Below are positions 12,633 to 25,468 of a DNA stretch of 64,000 nt, in pieces. Made by a program: the position numbers and the translations under genes. The first letter of the stretch is position 1. Each line of letters starts with the position of its first letter. The DNA is from a virus (lineage: Duplodnaviria; Caudoviricetes): the IMG/VR virus record IMGVR_UViG_3300013426_000016, positions 96,001 to 160,000 of that record; one strand, 5' to 3'. Under the pieces are notes generated by a model, which saw only the letters and a program-made list of their open reading frames with translations, made no database searches and was not told where the DNA came from.

Positions 12633-13412
12633 TTATTCCATAGGGAACTCCTTTTGCTCATTATAACGATTTCTATTAAGAGCAGCTTCTCTTTCCAAAG
12701 CAGCAATTCTACGTTTTAAATCTTGATTCTCATTTTTAATTTCCTCTATATCATCGGTATTCTTCGATACTTGTTCAGTAACTGCTTTCACCCATAAAGC
12801 AGCTTGTTGCAAGCCAGTAAGGTTAAAATTTTTCTGAATTACTGGAAGTCCAGCTTCATCTGTTTTCTCAGTAACTTCCTCTGCAAGAAGCCCCTTCTCG
12901 ATTAATATTGTATTAAATTTTTTAATTGTAGGAACAGATCATCCTGTTAACTCTGAAATCTTTGTATTGGAGAAAGAAATTTTACCAACCCCACTGTCTT
13001 TATCATATAAATATCTTTGTATATCCATATAATATTCTTTAACATTAATTGGTAAATCCAAATCTAAAAATGCGTCTGTAAACATTTCAAAGTGTTTGTC
13101 AAAATTGGAATTATTAAATTCATAAAACCAGGATAGTTTCCCCGTAGCAGGAATTGGTTTTTTAAAAACTTTAATAAAACCAGCTTGAACGAGGCGTTTT
13201 ATTGCTTCTTCTACTTTAGTTTGTCCACAACCAGCTTTTTGTTTAATTTTTGAAATGGAAGGATAACAAACCCGTGTTTCTTCATTCATATATCTCCGGA
13301 TTGCGGCATATACTACTTTATCTCCATGTTGCAAAATTCTTTCTGGATTTTCATTGTCCATAATTAAAAATTTTTTATCATCAAAAGTATGAGGGATTTC
13401 TGTATGCTTCAT
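12633..13412 (-). CDS. Replication-initiator-like (RepL-type) HTH protein with C-terminal coiled coil (259 aa with TGA=Trp)
   Basis: VVYAAI...CYPSISKIKQKAG...AIKRLVQAGFI HTH. TGA at 12939 falls inside a second HTH (SELTG-W-SVPTIKK). TAA at 12633. Confidence 0.7.
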
Positions 13413-13454
13413 TATTTATACGTTTTAAAAATTATTGATCTATTATATATATCA

Positions 13455-13486
13455 CAAATATATCATTATTTTTTAAAACAAACAAA
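13455..13486 (-). promoter_or_regulatory. Bacteroidota-type promoter upstream of the Rep-like gene
   Basis: TTTG-N20-TATATTTG on the minus strand. Confidence 0.7.
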
Positions 13487-13516
13487 TTTTTTCTATAAAA
13501 ATACGTGAAATGGATG

Positions 13517-13659
13517 GGTAGGCAAACCTCATTTTTAGGTAGGCAGATTTCATTTTCAGGTAGGCAAAACCCAAATCCGGGTAGGCAAAATCGATTTTCA
13601 GGTAGCAAACTATATTTAATAGATTTAATATACCTAATAGACCTATGAACTATACCTAA
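13517..13659. repeat. Iteron-like array plus AT-rich 9-mers; candidate replication origin
   Basis: GGTAGGCA at 13517, 13538, 13559 and 13580, and GGTAGCA at 13601 (exact 21-bp period). Then TATATTTAA-TAGATTTAA-TATACCTAA-TAGACCTAT (13611-13646) and TATACCTAA (13651). Confidence 0.8.
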
Positions 13660-13687
13660 GGAAATTAAAAAATTTTAAAAAGTAAAA

Positions 13688-13717
13688 TAAAAAAGAGGGC
13701 CTATAAAGACCCTCTTA
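13688..13717 (-). terminator. Intrinsic terminator shielding the iteron region
   Basis: Minus strand AAGAGGGTC...GGCCCTCTT followed by TTTTATTTT, just after the DUF192 gene. Confidence 0.7.
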
Positions 13718-13720
13718 TTA

Positions 13721-14317
13721 TTATTTTTCCACATACTGTGGGTCTCGGTTTTCTTGTGCTTCAAGCTCTTTAAAGATATATCTTCCTAGAGCTTTGTAGT
13801 CACTATCTTCTTTTGTTTTAAAAGCTTTTTTCGCTTTTCTAATTATAACTTTAGTTGCTACTCTACTAAAGATTCTTTCTCCACCTTGTAATTTAAATTG
13901 TACTGAACCATCTGCATTTAAAAGGAGCATCTCATTTTTAGGTAAATCAAAATCGTTTTCTATAATTTCGACTTCTTCTCCTACTTTTAATTCTTCTTTA
14001 TCCGATACTTCAAGCACATAAGCGACATTATAACCTTCCAAATATTCAAGGCTAAATGGTTCACCTTTATATACATTGGTTATAACATCTTCATCATTTA
14101 CAAAAGCTATTGTAAGTGGAATCTCAGTATCTTCCATCCAGAAAGCAAGTTCTTCTTGTGGATTGTCTCTAAAATCAAAAAAGAAACCTTCGCCTTTATC
14201 GAGTTTAGTAACGCCTTTAGCACCAAATTCTTTTTCCTCTTCAGTTTTCATTACGAGAAGATTGAACTCTTTCCCATTAATTAAAACTTTTATTTTATCA
14301 AGTTTACTATAGTCCAT
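13721..14317 (-). CDS. DUF192-family protein
   Basis: EEEKEFG...L.KGEGFFFDF...AFWMEDTEIPLTIAFV...YVLEV signature. Confidence 0.75.
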   Translation of the reverse strand: MDYSKLDKIKVLINGKEFNLLVMKTEEEKEFGAKGVTKLDKGEGFFFDFRDNPQEELAFWMEDTEIPLTIAFVNDEDVITNVYKGEPFSLEYLEGYNVAYVLEVSDKEELKVGEEVEIIENDFDLPKNEMLLLNADGSVQFKLQGGERIFSRVATKVIIRKAKKAFKTKEDSDYKALGRYIFKELEAQENRDPQYVEK

Positions 14318-15432
14318 TACTCAACCTCCTTTACTAAACCAGTATTATCATCACAGTTATTAAAAAGAGTGCATACAATGATTTTTCCACACTCTATCAT
14401 AGAATCTTCATCTCCTTTTTTCCAGAGATCTTCTACTTTATTTGTGAGAGATTTCTCTAGAATCATTTCATTTCTTTCGATTTCTGCACATTGTTCTACA
14501 TTTCCTTTTTCATCTGTAACTACTACCGGTATTCCTTTATTTGTAAGTTCTTTAGCTAACTCCGGATTTGTCTCATCCATATTATGTTTATTTTTATGTA
14601 AAGCTCCTTCCGGAATTAAAATAGAACCTCCATTTTGGAATTTAGTTATCTCCTTTTTACATGCTTGTATTTTATGTAACTCTTCTTTAGAGAGTAATTT
14701 AACCCCATCTTTAGCATATAAGCCATATCTTTGGTTTATTTGATGCTGAAGTTCTTGAGAAGTATTACTATTCTTTCTAAGCGTGTTAGTATTATATATA
14801 TTTGAAATCATTTTAGCTTGTTCGTTAGCAGTATTAATTCCAGAATTAATTTTATTTCCTCCCAAGAATCTTTGTCCTCCCATATCAGCCATAGTATTTA
14901 TATAATTAACACTATTTGAGTAAGCACCAGAAAGTTTATCTACGTCATCATTTTTAGCTACTTCTCCAGTTTTAGACATAAATGCACCAGCAAGAGGCAC
15001 ATAAGAGAGAGTATTGTTCATCACTCTTTGAAAATCAGAAAGACCGACTGTTTCTTGTTCTGTTTCTGACATTGTACTACTATTTGTATCTGTAAAATCA
15101 CCTATAGTAGAAAGAGTGTTCCAAACTGCTCCCGCAGCCATTAAATAAGGATTGCCACTTTGCATAGCAAGATTTCCTATAGCTTTTTGTCCAGAAGAAG
15201 AGGTTCTTTCTTTAGGAGTAGTAAATCCAGAAGTTAAATTATTCAGTAAATTAACTCCAGTAGAAATATTTCCTATTTGCTGAGAATAATTATTTCCAGT
15301 GCGTCCTCCTACAGTTGCTTTTGGGCGCAATCCATCAGATTTTTCAGTAACAGCTTTTCCTATAAGAGGATTATTACTTGAGTAATGATTATTCGCTAAC
15401 TGAGTTAATGTATTTAAAAAATCTTGTGTCAT
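14317..15432 (-). CDS. Putative virion protein (371 aa)
   Basis: Translationally coupled ORF. YAKDGVKL and KFQNGG motifs; C-terminal AEIERNEMIL. Confidence 0.6.
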   Translation of the reverse strand: MTQDFLNTLTQLANNHYSSNNPLIGKAVTEKSDGLRPKATVGGRTGNNYSQQIGNISTGVNLLNNLTSGFTTPKERTSSSGQKAIGNLAMQSGNPYLMAAGAVWNTLSTIGDFTDTNSSTMSETEQETVGLSDFQRVMNNTLSYVPLAGAFMSKTGEVAKNDDVDKLSGAYSNSVNYINTMADMGGQRFLGGNKINSGINTANEQAKMISNIYNTNTLRKNSNTSQELQHQINQRYGLYAKDGVKLLSKEELHKIQACKKEITKFQNGGSILIPEGALHKNKHNMDETNPELAKELTNKGIPVVVTDEKGNVEQCAEIERNEMILEKSLTNKVEDLWKKGDEDSMIECGKIIVCTLFNNCDDNTGLVKEVE

Positions 15433-18400
15433 TAGCTATAACTTATTGTTAATAAAGTTTTTAGAGCTGTAATTATAACCTGTTCAGTTCCAGTATATTT
15501 AACTCTTATCTTAACGTATTTATCTCGAACTTTTGCAGATTTTAAATCGCTCCAACGACCTTCTACATTTTTATATGTTTCTCTAAATAAAATAGGATCT
15601 ATAGTAACATACCAAGCATCTTCTTTATATTGGATATTTCCCAGTCTCCTACCAAAATTATATATGTTCTTACATGGCTGATTTAATACCAAAGAATAAG
15701 TATTTAAAGTAGTATCCCATTTAATAGAACAATTCTTAAACCTCTGTGTAACTTTAGTAGTTTTCTTTTCGGTCTCAGTTGGATTATATGTAGATGCTTG
15801 GATTCGAGGAGTATAATCAATTTCTTTGGCATATTTTCATTCTTTCTCTGTTATAGAAGGATATACTGTCAAACCCTTTTCGTCTACAGTAAAATCTTCA
15901 AACATATTCGGTTCAAAGGTTTTAGAAGCAAATATGCCAGCTTTATTAAAGTTAAATACGTCTCCTATAATTTCGTATTCAATTTCATTTGGTTGCACAT
16001 TATTAGAAATAATAACCAAATTATCAAATATCTTGTGCATACCTATAGGATCGTTAACTACAAATTCGAGTTCAAATGGTTCTTGTTTTTCATACCATTT
16101 AGTAGGTAAAATCTGATCATCTAAAGACTCGTTATCGTAATTTATTTCATCAAATATACCAGCTCTTCCATGCACATAAAAACCATTCTGCAAGAAAACT
16201 CTCTCCAACTCTTCTCTATTTGTTAGCTTCTGATTATTTAAAATTAACCCAACACTCTCAGTAAAAGAAGAAGTCCCACTTCCTATTTTTAAAGTGATTT
16301 TTAAATTAAATTTAAACCACAATGGGAAGTGATCGGCATCCTTAAATTCTTTCATAAATGCCTCTAAAATCGTGCTATAAGTTGCTTTAATAGTCTTACC
16401 CTCAACAGTAAATAAAGACGATTTTAGGGTAGTTTCTGTAACAATTCCAGCCTCTTTAAAAGAGGTTTCAACCGACATAATTTCAATAGTATAATCATCG
16501 ATATGGTCATACCCTTTTAGATTAATTGGCATCGAAAGTGTGGAGTCCATATTTGCTGGTATAGACCACTCATTTACGGGCGTATAGACACCTAAGGTAG
16601 TATTCCTATTATTATATATTATACTGAGCAATTTGGCCCGTTTCTGATCCAAAGAGTAGAAAATGTTATTAATGTTTTCTGAGTAAAGAGGAGTTCAAGT
16701 ATATCTTGTAATCCACTTATTCATTCTTTCATTAAAACATATATTCCAGCTCTCTTTATCTTTATTATAGAAAGTAAACATTATGTCTCCTTTATAATTA
16801 TTATAATGAGACTTAACATTTCTAAGAGCTACTATAGGAGACTTATCCATTTCTGATAATTGTATCTTATTATTAAGATACTGTTGTATTTTCATATCTG
16901 AAATGGTTTCTAAACCAGAGCTTCCATATCTCCAAATTTTCTTTGCATAGGTATCTACACCATATATGCCATTAGGAGTTCTAACAACAGATTCTGGCCA
17001 TATAGAACCGAAATCTGGAGAAATTAAAGTAATCTGATTTTGTACTACACCTGCCCCGTACATATGAATAGATTGTGAAGTAGAAGTTTGTATAAGGGCT
17101 TTTTCGTTTATTGGTATAATACCTAAACCATGTTCAAATACGCAGAAAATATTACCATTTAAAGGTAAGAATTTAACTATAGCTCCATATTGTCTATCTA
17201 TATCTTTATAATCAAGACCTTGGAAAATTCTATAAGAGTTTTTAAATTCATCTTCTTGTTGCACATCGGAGAACATAATTCTGTTATCAAATAACTCCTT
17301 AACATAAGGTACGTTATCTGCAACAAAATTTCTTTTTTGTCCTAATGTAACATTATAACCTTGGTTTAATAGCCAGCTCTCTTCTATTTTAGAAGAAACA
17401 GTAGCATTCATATCAGACAATGGATAAAAGCTTCTAGAATTACCCATAAGGGCTCTCTCATCGGTATGAGAAATGTCTTCTGCACGTAAACCTAAATTAT
17501 AATTAGAAAGGCATTTAAAGGTCACTCAATGGCCTAAATTAACAGAGTTTACATCTGCCCTATTTATACTTGCATAACTTCCAGTAGAGTCAGTAGCTTC
17601 TCCAGAAGTCATTTTATTGTAACCTTTATAATTATCTTTCCAGGTACTAGGACTCACTATTAACTCATTTATAGGAACATCTGAATCTATAAAGTTCCTA
17701 TTAAGTCTAATTGTGACAGTATTTGTATAACAGTCTCCCCTAAAGACTTGTATAGTATTTGTATTTCCCAACTCATATCTATCTGAAATAGCATAGAAAG
17801 AAGAATTATCTTTTCCTCTAATAGAGAAGTAATCTTTTAATCTTGTTATAGAATAATTAGGAATCCTAATATCGTATATAGTATTATTTTGTAAAGTTCT
17901 ATTTGCACCTAAGAATGGACAATATAATCCTCTGATTAAATTATTTGCACTAGCACTATAATCGGGCTGACTAAAGAAAGAGAACTGACTCACATCTTCT
18001 TGAGTACCACATTTAGTGGAATAACTATATCCATTTATATACTTCATAGGAGAATCGGAACCTACAAATATTAAAGAAGTGTTTGCACTCTCTTTAGTTA
18101 AAGTCCCACTCTCTTTTAAAGCATAATGTCTTTTAGATTTAGTGAGAGTACCTACTTTATTTGTTCTTGGATGCAAAATAAATTCAGAACCATCATAATT
18201 ACTTTGTAAAGTAGGATTAACACAGGCATCTAAAGAAAGGAGTCCAGAACATTGTATATATGGAGTTTTTACTATTCTATCTTCATAAGTTTGTGTTAAT
18301 AATCTAGAACCATTAGAAACAAAACTTTCTGAAAAATATTTTTCTCCATCGTACAACATTGGTACATAACTAGATCTATCTATACCTACAGAAAAGCCTT

Positions 18401-19946
18401 GCCCTAAAGTAGTAGGAATTCTTTCTTGTCTTACAAAGAAATACCCTTTTACTTTATATTCTTTTAAGAGTTCTTGTATTTCATTAGAAATGGAAAGCTC
18501 ATAATAAAGAGGTTGTACTTTACTATTAGTATAATCAAATATTGTAGCGTCCGGGTTCTTAAATACTCCAAAAGTATTATCTAAGAATTTGCCTTTATTT
18601 AGAAAGTCATCGCGAGTTAAATAATTCATTTTAACTTCAGAAGCATCTATTAAAGAAAGTGCATTATTTGTATACTTGTAATACTTTAAGGTAGAGAGAT
18701 CTTTATAGACTTTATCTGCTTCTAAAGTAAGCGCTTTAGTACAACCTTTATCAGAATAAAATTTATTTTCTTTATAATATCCAAAGTAATCTCCTTTAAG
18801 TTCAGTATCCTCTCTATCTGTAAAGTTATCGTCATTTATAGCAGAAAACTCACATCCTCTAAGATTAAATACAGAACTTAAAGAATCATCATTCATCACA
18901 AATACTACTCCAAGTCTATATATTTCATTTGGTCAGTAACCAAGTTTATAATAGATGTTATTTGGACTGTAATATTCAGTTTGGTAGTTATTTGCACTAG
19001 AAACACTATAATCATCTGGAGAAACTCAACCTATATTAGATTCTTGCTTAAGTGCTACTTTTATATAGTATGCTATATTTTGTAAATCCTTTATATTGTA
19101 GGTAACACCTTGCACATTTCCAAGAAATAGCATATTCTGAACTTGAGCTTGAGTCTTAGCAGCTGTTACTAAATTATATTTAATATTAAGTTCTTCTACG
19201 GAAATGTCAGTGATTTCCTCATAACCATTTAAAGTTATAGTTTCTACGTCATTCTTAATATCATATGGCTTTGTGAACATTCCTGCTTTAGTAAGCCTAA
19301 TTCCATTTGTATCACTAGTTTCTCTTACAAAATAAAGATAGAACTTAGAAAAAGAGGTATCTATATTACTAATTTTTAAAGTAATTGCTTTATCTGTAAG
19401 TTCATTCAGTAAAGTTCCAGATACAGAAGTTACTTTATCTAAATACCCTTTAAAAATGGCTACTTGTCCAGACTCGCATACTATATCTGTTTTATTGTAA
19501 TCATTATCTGCAAACTTTATATAAAAGGTATAATTACCGCCTTTTAATTTTCCGTAATTAGAAACATCATTTAAATCTATCCTTGGTATTTTATTTATAT
19601 TTCTAAATAGTCTTGTTTGACGATCTATTTTACCTTTTTTATATAAGTTGGTTTGCTCTAATTGATTCCTATTTATGACTTTATATCTATTATCTTCTAT
19701 TTTAGTAAACCTTGTATTAATGATTCTTGGTGGATTCTTATCATCATTTAAAATAAGATTCACTGTACCATCATAAGAAGGTTGACATTCTATATTAAGA
19801 GGGTTATTTAAATCTATATCCAGCTCTTTAGTTCTAAACTCCACTATTTGATTGTTTTCGTCTACTTGATTAAAAAGAGCGTGATACTCGTTTGCTAAAT
19901 CCCCTTCTTGTTTATTTGCTTTTATATTAAGTTGTATATTAGCCAT
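15432..19946 (-). CDS. Tail stabilization/nozzle-type protein (~1504 aa; five track ORFs joined)
   Basis: All five fragments share one frame. TGAs at 19026, 18933, 17526, 16695 and 15837 (GY-W-PNEIYRLG, WITRYT-W-TP). C-terminus KYVKIRVKY...TISYS resembles crAss-like tail proteins. Confidence 0.75.
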
Positions 19947-22900
19947 TTAAATAAAAGTCTTTTTCTGTAAATCCTATTCTCTGTCTTAAAATTCCAACAA
20001 CGCCGTTATCAGTTAATTGTCCTCTTGCATAAACTTCTTCAGTATTACTTAAAGTGCCAGCATTTAAACGGGTAATAAGAGTATCGTTTACATCATAATC
20101 GCCTTTATAATAAAAATCTGACTGAGGAGTAATTATTCCTGCTCCATATACATCAGACTGATACTTAGCAACTTCCGTAGCAACAAGCTGTTTTCTACCT
20201 TCTTTTTCTCCTGTAGTAGTAGGTGTATTATCTATGGTTTTTTGCAGTGCAGCAAATGCAGAATCCTTCCCAGAAAAATCGAGAGTAAATTTAACCACGG
20301 CATCTTTAGTGTTAAAATCGACACTATCTAAAGAAGTATAGTCTGAAGTACTATTTGCACCCACTTTTAAATTAGGAGTATTATATAAAGTATTTCTATC
20401 AGAAGGACTTAAGAGATTTTTACTGTTATATGTAAATGTAGTAAAATTAATTTTCCCATTTCCATATAAAGATGCACCGTCACTTACTTTAGTAGAAGAG
20501 CCTTTAATAGTATAAAATCCACCTACAGTTTCTGAAGCATAATCACTTGTTACATGTTTAACGCTGTTTATCCAAGTAGTAAATATATTTTTGGCTACAG
20601 TTTCATTCTTTACAACAGCTCCGGTTTTTCGTATATTAATTAGGCCTATGTCATTTCCATGCTTAACTCCTACAAAATAAATACACTGAGTATCTGTACC
20701 TGCATTTTTTCATACGTAAGCTTTGTTATCTGGATCACTACTCTGAGAAGGAGTTTCTACACCAATAAAAGCATAGTTAGTGTTTCCTCCCTTATTAAAA
20801 GTACTAACAGATAAAGCGAGAAGGAACACATCGTCTGTTTTTAATGCAGAAGTTAGTGCTTGTAAAATACTAGGAGTTAGTATATTACTAGTTTTACTAC
20901 TTCCTTCAAATCCAAATCCTTTCCAAACTCCACTTGTATAACCAGGAATCTCAGAAAAATAAAGATGTATTTCTCCACCTTTAGCATTTTTAGAAGCATC
21001 ACACCATCCACTTACATCTAAGCTATAAGTAGAATAAGTAAGACTCTCTTCTACATAACTTCATATAGAAGCACTTTTAATTACAGGTTCTAAATCGTAA
21101 TGAATAGTTTTATTTCCCGTAACACTCAAATCGCCAAAAGTAATACTGCTAGTAAGAGTTCCAGAGTATTTAGAGAAAGTAGTTGTTTTAGAAGTATCGT
21201 TTATATCAACTTCCATTTTAGCTCCAGAAACAAGATTTTCCCACATAGGCCCTGTAAGAAGTTTAACTTCACTAGATGCCGTAACATCCATTTTACAAGA
21301 TGCGTTGCAGTATAAATCAAATCCGTTTTCTATTTTTTCTACATTTCCGTCTACACCATCTGTCATAAAGGTATTATAAACACCATTATTTCCTTTAGGA
21401 CTCTTTATATTAGAATTAGACATTCAAGCAGTATAACCAGGAGTAACTTGTACCTCTCCATAATCTACTTCGCTCTGAGGTATTCCATTTAACTTTAATT
21501 GCTTGTTTTGTATTAAAGTTTGGTAATTACCCATCCATTGATCAAATGAGATTTCATCATATCGGGAATCAGTAAATCCCTCCATTACCTTAGATGCCAC
21601 TATAAACTTAGTAAAAGTAGCTAAAACTTCAGCAGAATCACTCCAAGTAGAATTTCCTATAATATCAAACTTAATAATATAAAAATCTTCTGGAAATAAT
21701 GCTTTTGGATTACTTGTAACATTATCACTTGTATAAGGCACATAAGGAACAGAGAGATTAGTTTCTCCAACTAAATTTCATTCTTCACACTTTATGTGCT
21801 TATATGCAACTTTACTTGCATTTGTAGCATAATCATTTGGGGCACTTAATTTACTAATAGAGTAATACATATAAATCTCTGAAGTAAGTGCGGCATTCTT
21901 AGAAATGCCTTGTGTATCAAACATTATATCAAGTGTAGAATCTCCAAGATTATACCACCAAGAGCTGTTTCCTATTTTTATGTCTTCAATATTTCCTTTA
22001 GCATTTAAGGAATATTTATAGGATTTATTTAAATTATCGTAATAAACTATAGAAGTAGTCTCTCCAATTTTATAAGTCAAATAAGGCTCTATTTTTATTT
22101 CTACATTTTTATCTTTAACTAAATAAGAAGATAAATCGATTACATCTGAGAAATATAAACAGTTGCCGTTTTTTAAATCAAGTTTATTTGGTACTGAGGC
22201 ATTTAAAGTATTGGAAGTCTCTCCTACAGTTATAGTTATCTTCGCTTTCAGATCATTTGTGGTAGAATTTAAAATAAGCGGGTCATTAACCGTATACTGA
22301 ACACTTACTTTAAAAATAGGACTTCCTGCATAAGTAGGAACCACAAATTGCTTAACATTTAAGTCCATACTCTCCACTCTTGCAAATACAGGTTGTAAAG
22401 CTAACCAACCAGGAACATCCCATTCCACATAAGCAAAAGTATCTGAAGTATGATTTGCATTTTTTATTTTATCTGTAACATCGTAAGATTTACGATTTTC
22501 ATCTAAAACATAAAATTTAAGAGTTTCATATTTAGATGCTCCAGATAAAGAGGTAATCCAATTAGAGAGTTTATATTTATCTCCAGGATTTATTTTTAAT
22601 TTATTTGGATCTTTTCCGTAGAAAACCTTCATGTCTTGTAGGTTCTCTACTATATATGAATAATTAAGAGTATTTCCTGTTGCGCTATCTATAGATGTCT
22701 GTATAGCATCTAAAGAAATACTTTCATCTAGGTCACTAGAAGTAATAGTCTTAGGAGCAGGATAAGAACCTATTTCTGTTTCAGTAGTAAGAGGATTATA
22801 AGAAACTATATATAAAATATCTCCATATTCTTTTATTCCTACTGGTATAAAATTCTTTTCTAGTTTACAATTAGCTAAAGGATAATTCCCTTTATCATTT

Positions 22901-23037
22901 TGTAAACTATGCTCATTTCCGTCATAAGTAATAATAGTTCCATTAACACAGTCTGTCAATACTGTATTTGGAGTACTTACTGGATTTAAGTCCATCACCA
23001 ACCCTTCCGACCAAGTATTAGTCGCTTCTTTTTTCAT
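19939..23037 (-). CDS. Tail stabilization-type protein (~1032 aa; four track ORFs joined)
   Basis: N-terminus NTWSEGLVMDLNP...LTDCVNGT...LQNDKGN...EIGSYP. TGAs at 21778, 21424, 21061 and 20710; frame otherwise open. Confidence 0.75.
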
Positions 23038-23588
23038 TAATCGCTAAGTATTTTTAATTTACTGTTTTCCTTTCGTAGAGCATATAAGTCGAAATTACGG
23101 GTTTCATAATTTTCTTCTCGAAAATAAAGACCTCTATCCTCCTTAACTTTTAATCTGAAAATATATTTATTCTTTTTTCTAATTAATGTTTCATGGATGA
23201 TCTTATAACAGTCTATTCTATCAAACTTAATTTTTTCTTTTTGTCTTCCAGATTTTTTCTCTGTAAAATACTTTTGGTACTCTTCTTCACTTAACCCAAA
23301 ATAATAATACCCATCTCAAATAGTTCTGCTAAAAAGATACTGTATTCTATATTTAATATGTTTCTTTATGTCACGGTATGTCCAATAGTCTTCATCTTTA
23401 CTAAATATTCTTCCTATATAAGCAGAAAAGGGAATTCTATGTGCAGCAAGTAGCACATCTCCTCCTCGATTAGAGACCTTAATTAATTCATTAAATCCGT
23501 ATGTACAAATCTTTTTAATATCACTTAATTCCAACTCTGGAAAAGCTATTTTTAATTTATCATAATAATCTTCTAAATATTTAATCAT
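23037..23588 (-). CDS. Conserved crAss-like tail-region protein, possibly IHF/HU-like (183 aa)
   Basis: TGA at 23316 read through to a TAA overlapping the next ATG. Position between tail tube and stabilization genes. Confidence 0.55.
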
Positions 23589-24037
23589 TAGTAATAAGTT
23601 TTTCCTGCATTAACATTATCTATAAACATCTTTTTATATGGCTTAGTTAAGTGTATAGTTTTTCATTTTGTTCTTCCTCCTCCATATCACTCTAATACTA
23701 AGTCATATGCTACAAAATTAGTAGCCAATAAATCAATATCTTTAAATCTACCTCTTTTACAGTATAACTGTAATTCTTCTCCCACAAAAGGCTTTACATA
23801 TATTTGTGCTTTTCTAAAAGCTTTCGTAGGTAAGGCAAAAGTAACATTATTTTGGATAATATCCAAGCATATTAAATATATACAATATGTAAATACAAGT
23901 CCACAATAAACTTTTCTTTTATTTGAACCATACTCTTTTTCTAAAGTTTTTGCTTTAATTTTTAACTGCTTTACATTAAAATTATCAAATAGTTCTTTGG
24001 ATGAAAAAGAAAAACTGTTATAAGATCTTCCTACCAT
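23588..24037 (-). CDS. Conserved crAss-like tail-region protein, possibly IHF/HU-like (149 aa)
   Basis: Two TGAs read through to a TAA overlapping the next ATG. Ends NAGKTYY. Confidence 0.55.
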
Positions 24038-24732
24038 TATTTAATCGGATTATAAGTTTTATTAAAAAGCTTTCTGTCCCAACAGGCTTTTACATCTAAA
24101 ATATTGTTCATATCATTTTGGTTCAGTTTCTCAGGTATTCTAGCAGCATTACATTTTCTTAACCATTCTGCTTCTAAATCTTTAGCAAACTGAAGTATAT
24201 TACGATCTTTCTTTTTTAACCCTTCTTTATAGGTTTCTCTCCAAGCTACAAAAGCAGCTATCGCTCTCTCCTCCTTATTATTAATTAAAGGTAATCCTGT
24301 TTCATCTTCTACAAGAATTCCATGATATAAAACAGTTACATTTCTAAAGTCTCTTTCAAAATATAAAACTCCATCACCTTCTTTATATTTAATTAATTTA
24401 CCTTTAACATAAAAAGGACTAACTCCTTTCTTGGAACGTTCTATATAATTCTCAGTATTAATTGCATCTGTATCCAAGAAATCAGTTTTATTACTAGAAA
24501 CTTGGGCATCTATTATAGGTATATATACAGCCTCTATTATATCTGCATTACAAGGGAGTACTAACTCTTTATCATTAGTATCCGCAGTGTATTTATATAA
24601 ACGAGTATGTTTATTTCCTATAGTTTCCCAACCAGTAAGGGCTATATCTTCAAAATTATCGAGTTTAATGTCTATTCCATAAATTTCATTTACTAATGGA
24701 AAGACTGTATTCATACTATGTAAATTACCCAT
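24037..24732 (-). CDS. Putative tail tubular/ring protein
   Basis: ATG at 24732. LPCN...IEAV and Y.GIL.EDETGLPLIN motifs; gene order. Confidence 0.6.
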   Translation of the reverse strand: MGNLHSMNTVFPLVNEIYGIDIKLDNFEDIALTGWETIGNKHTRLYKYTADTNDKELVLPCNADIIEAVYIPIIDAQVSSNKTDFLDTDAINTENYIERSKKGVSPFYVKGKLIKYKEGDGVLYFERDFRNVTVLYHGILVEDETGLPLINNKEERAIAAFVAWRETYKEGLKKKDRNILQFAKDLEAEWLRKCNAARIPEKLNQNDMNNILDVKACWDRKLFNKTYNPIK

Positions 24733-24733
24733 A

Positions 24734-25399
24734 TTATATGTTTTGTGGTGCTTGGTAAAGTGGAGTTCTATACAATTGTAACTTCTTATTAAGTATTCTG
24801 CGCTTAATTTCGTCACTTATAGATCCCATATCTAAATAGTCCACATCTGTGCAACAATTATATTCTTTTAATTGTCTAGGGTCTTTAAAAGTAGCTATTA
24901 TTGCTATATTCTTTACATACGGAGCATTAAATATCCAACCATCATATTTTCCATTTTCGTTTAAGGTCCTTTCTATATAAACATATGGTTTATTAAAGGC
25001 TCTTTTCTTATACTGATGGTATCTAGTAGCTTCTTTAGTAAAATATACTTTATAATACTCATCTCTATCGGTACTTCCTATAAATGTAATTGCTTCATCT
25101 CCAAGGCCCTCTGCAAGAGCGGGTATCTCAAAGTGTTTGGCAAGTTTAGCATTTGGAATTCCCTTACAAACGCATTTATTTTGGTCTTTACAATCAACTT
25201 CTACACAATTAAGTGCAACTGCTAATTCTCCTTTAGTTAATAGACTTTTTAAATACCATTCTCTAATTATAGTAGCTCTTGTTTCGATACATTCGTCTTC
25301 TATCTGATCGAGAGAAATAAATTGTCTATTGGAAGCAGGAATCATTGTACCACTAATTAAATCGTTGTATATCGCTGATACTAATTCTTCTAATTGCAT
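24734..25399 (-). CDS. Putative tail/neck ring protein
   Basis: ATG at 25399 follows a terminator. FKDPR motif; gene order. Confidence 0.55.
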   Translation of the reverse strand: MQLEELVSAIYNDLISGTMIPASNRQFISLDQIEDECIETRATIIREWYLKSLLTKGELAVALNCVEVDCKDQNKCVCKGIPNAKLAKHFEIPALAEGLGDEAITFIGSTDRDEYYKVYFTKEATRYHQYKKRAFNKPYVYIERTLNENGKYDGWIFNAPYVKNIAIIATFKDPRQLKEYNCCTDVDYLDMGSISDEIKRRILNKKLQLYRTPLYQAPQNI

Positions 25400-25401
25400 A
25401 T

Positions 25402-25443
25402 AAAAAGAAAAAGGACGAGCGAGATCGGCTCTCACTCGCCCTT
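25402..25443 (-). terminator. Intrinsic terminator after the Ig-domain gene
   Basis: Minus strand AGGGCGAGTGAGAG...CTCGCTCGTCCT followed by TTTTCTTTTT. Confidence 0.65.
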
Positions 25444-25468
25444 AATTGGTTTATTAATTATTTATAGA

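Noticed and set aside
13517-13610. Possible mini-CRISPR array
   Set aside because: Repeats are only about 8-10 bp with a 21-bp period and there are no cas genes; an iteron layout fits better.
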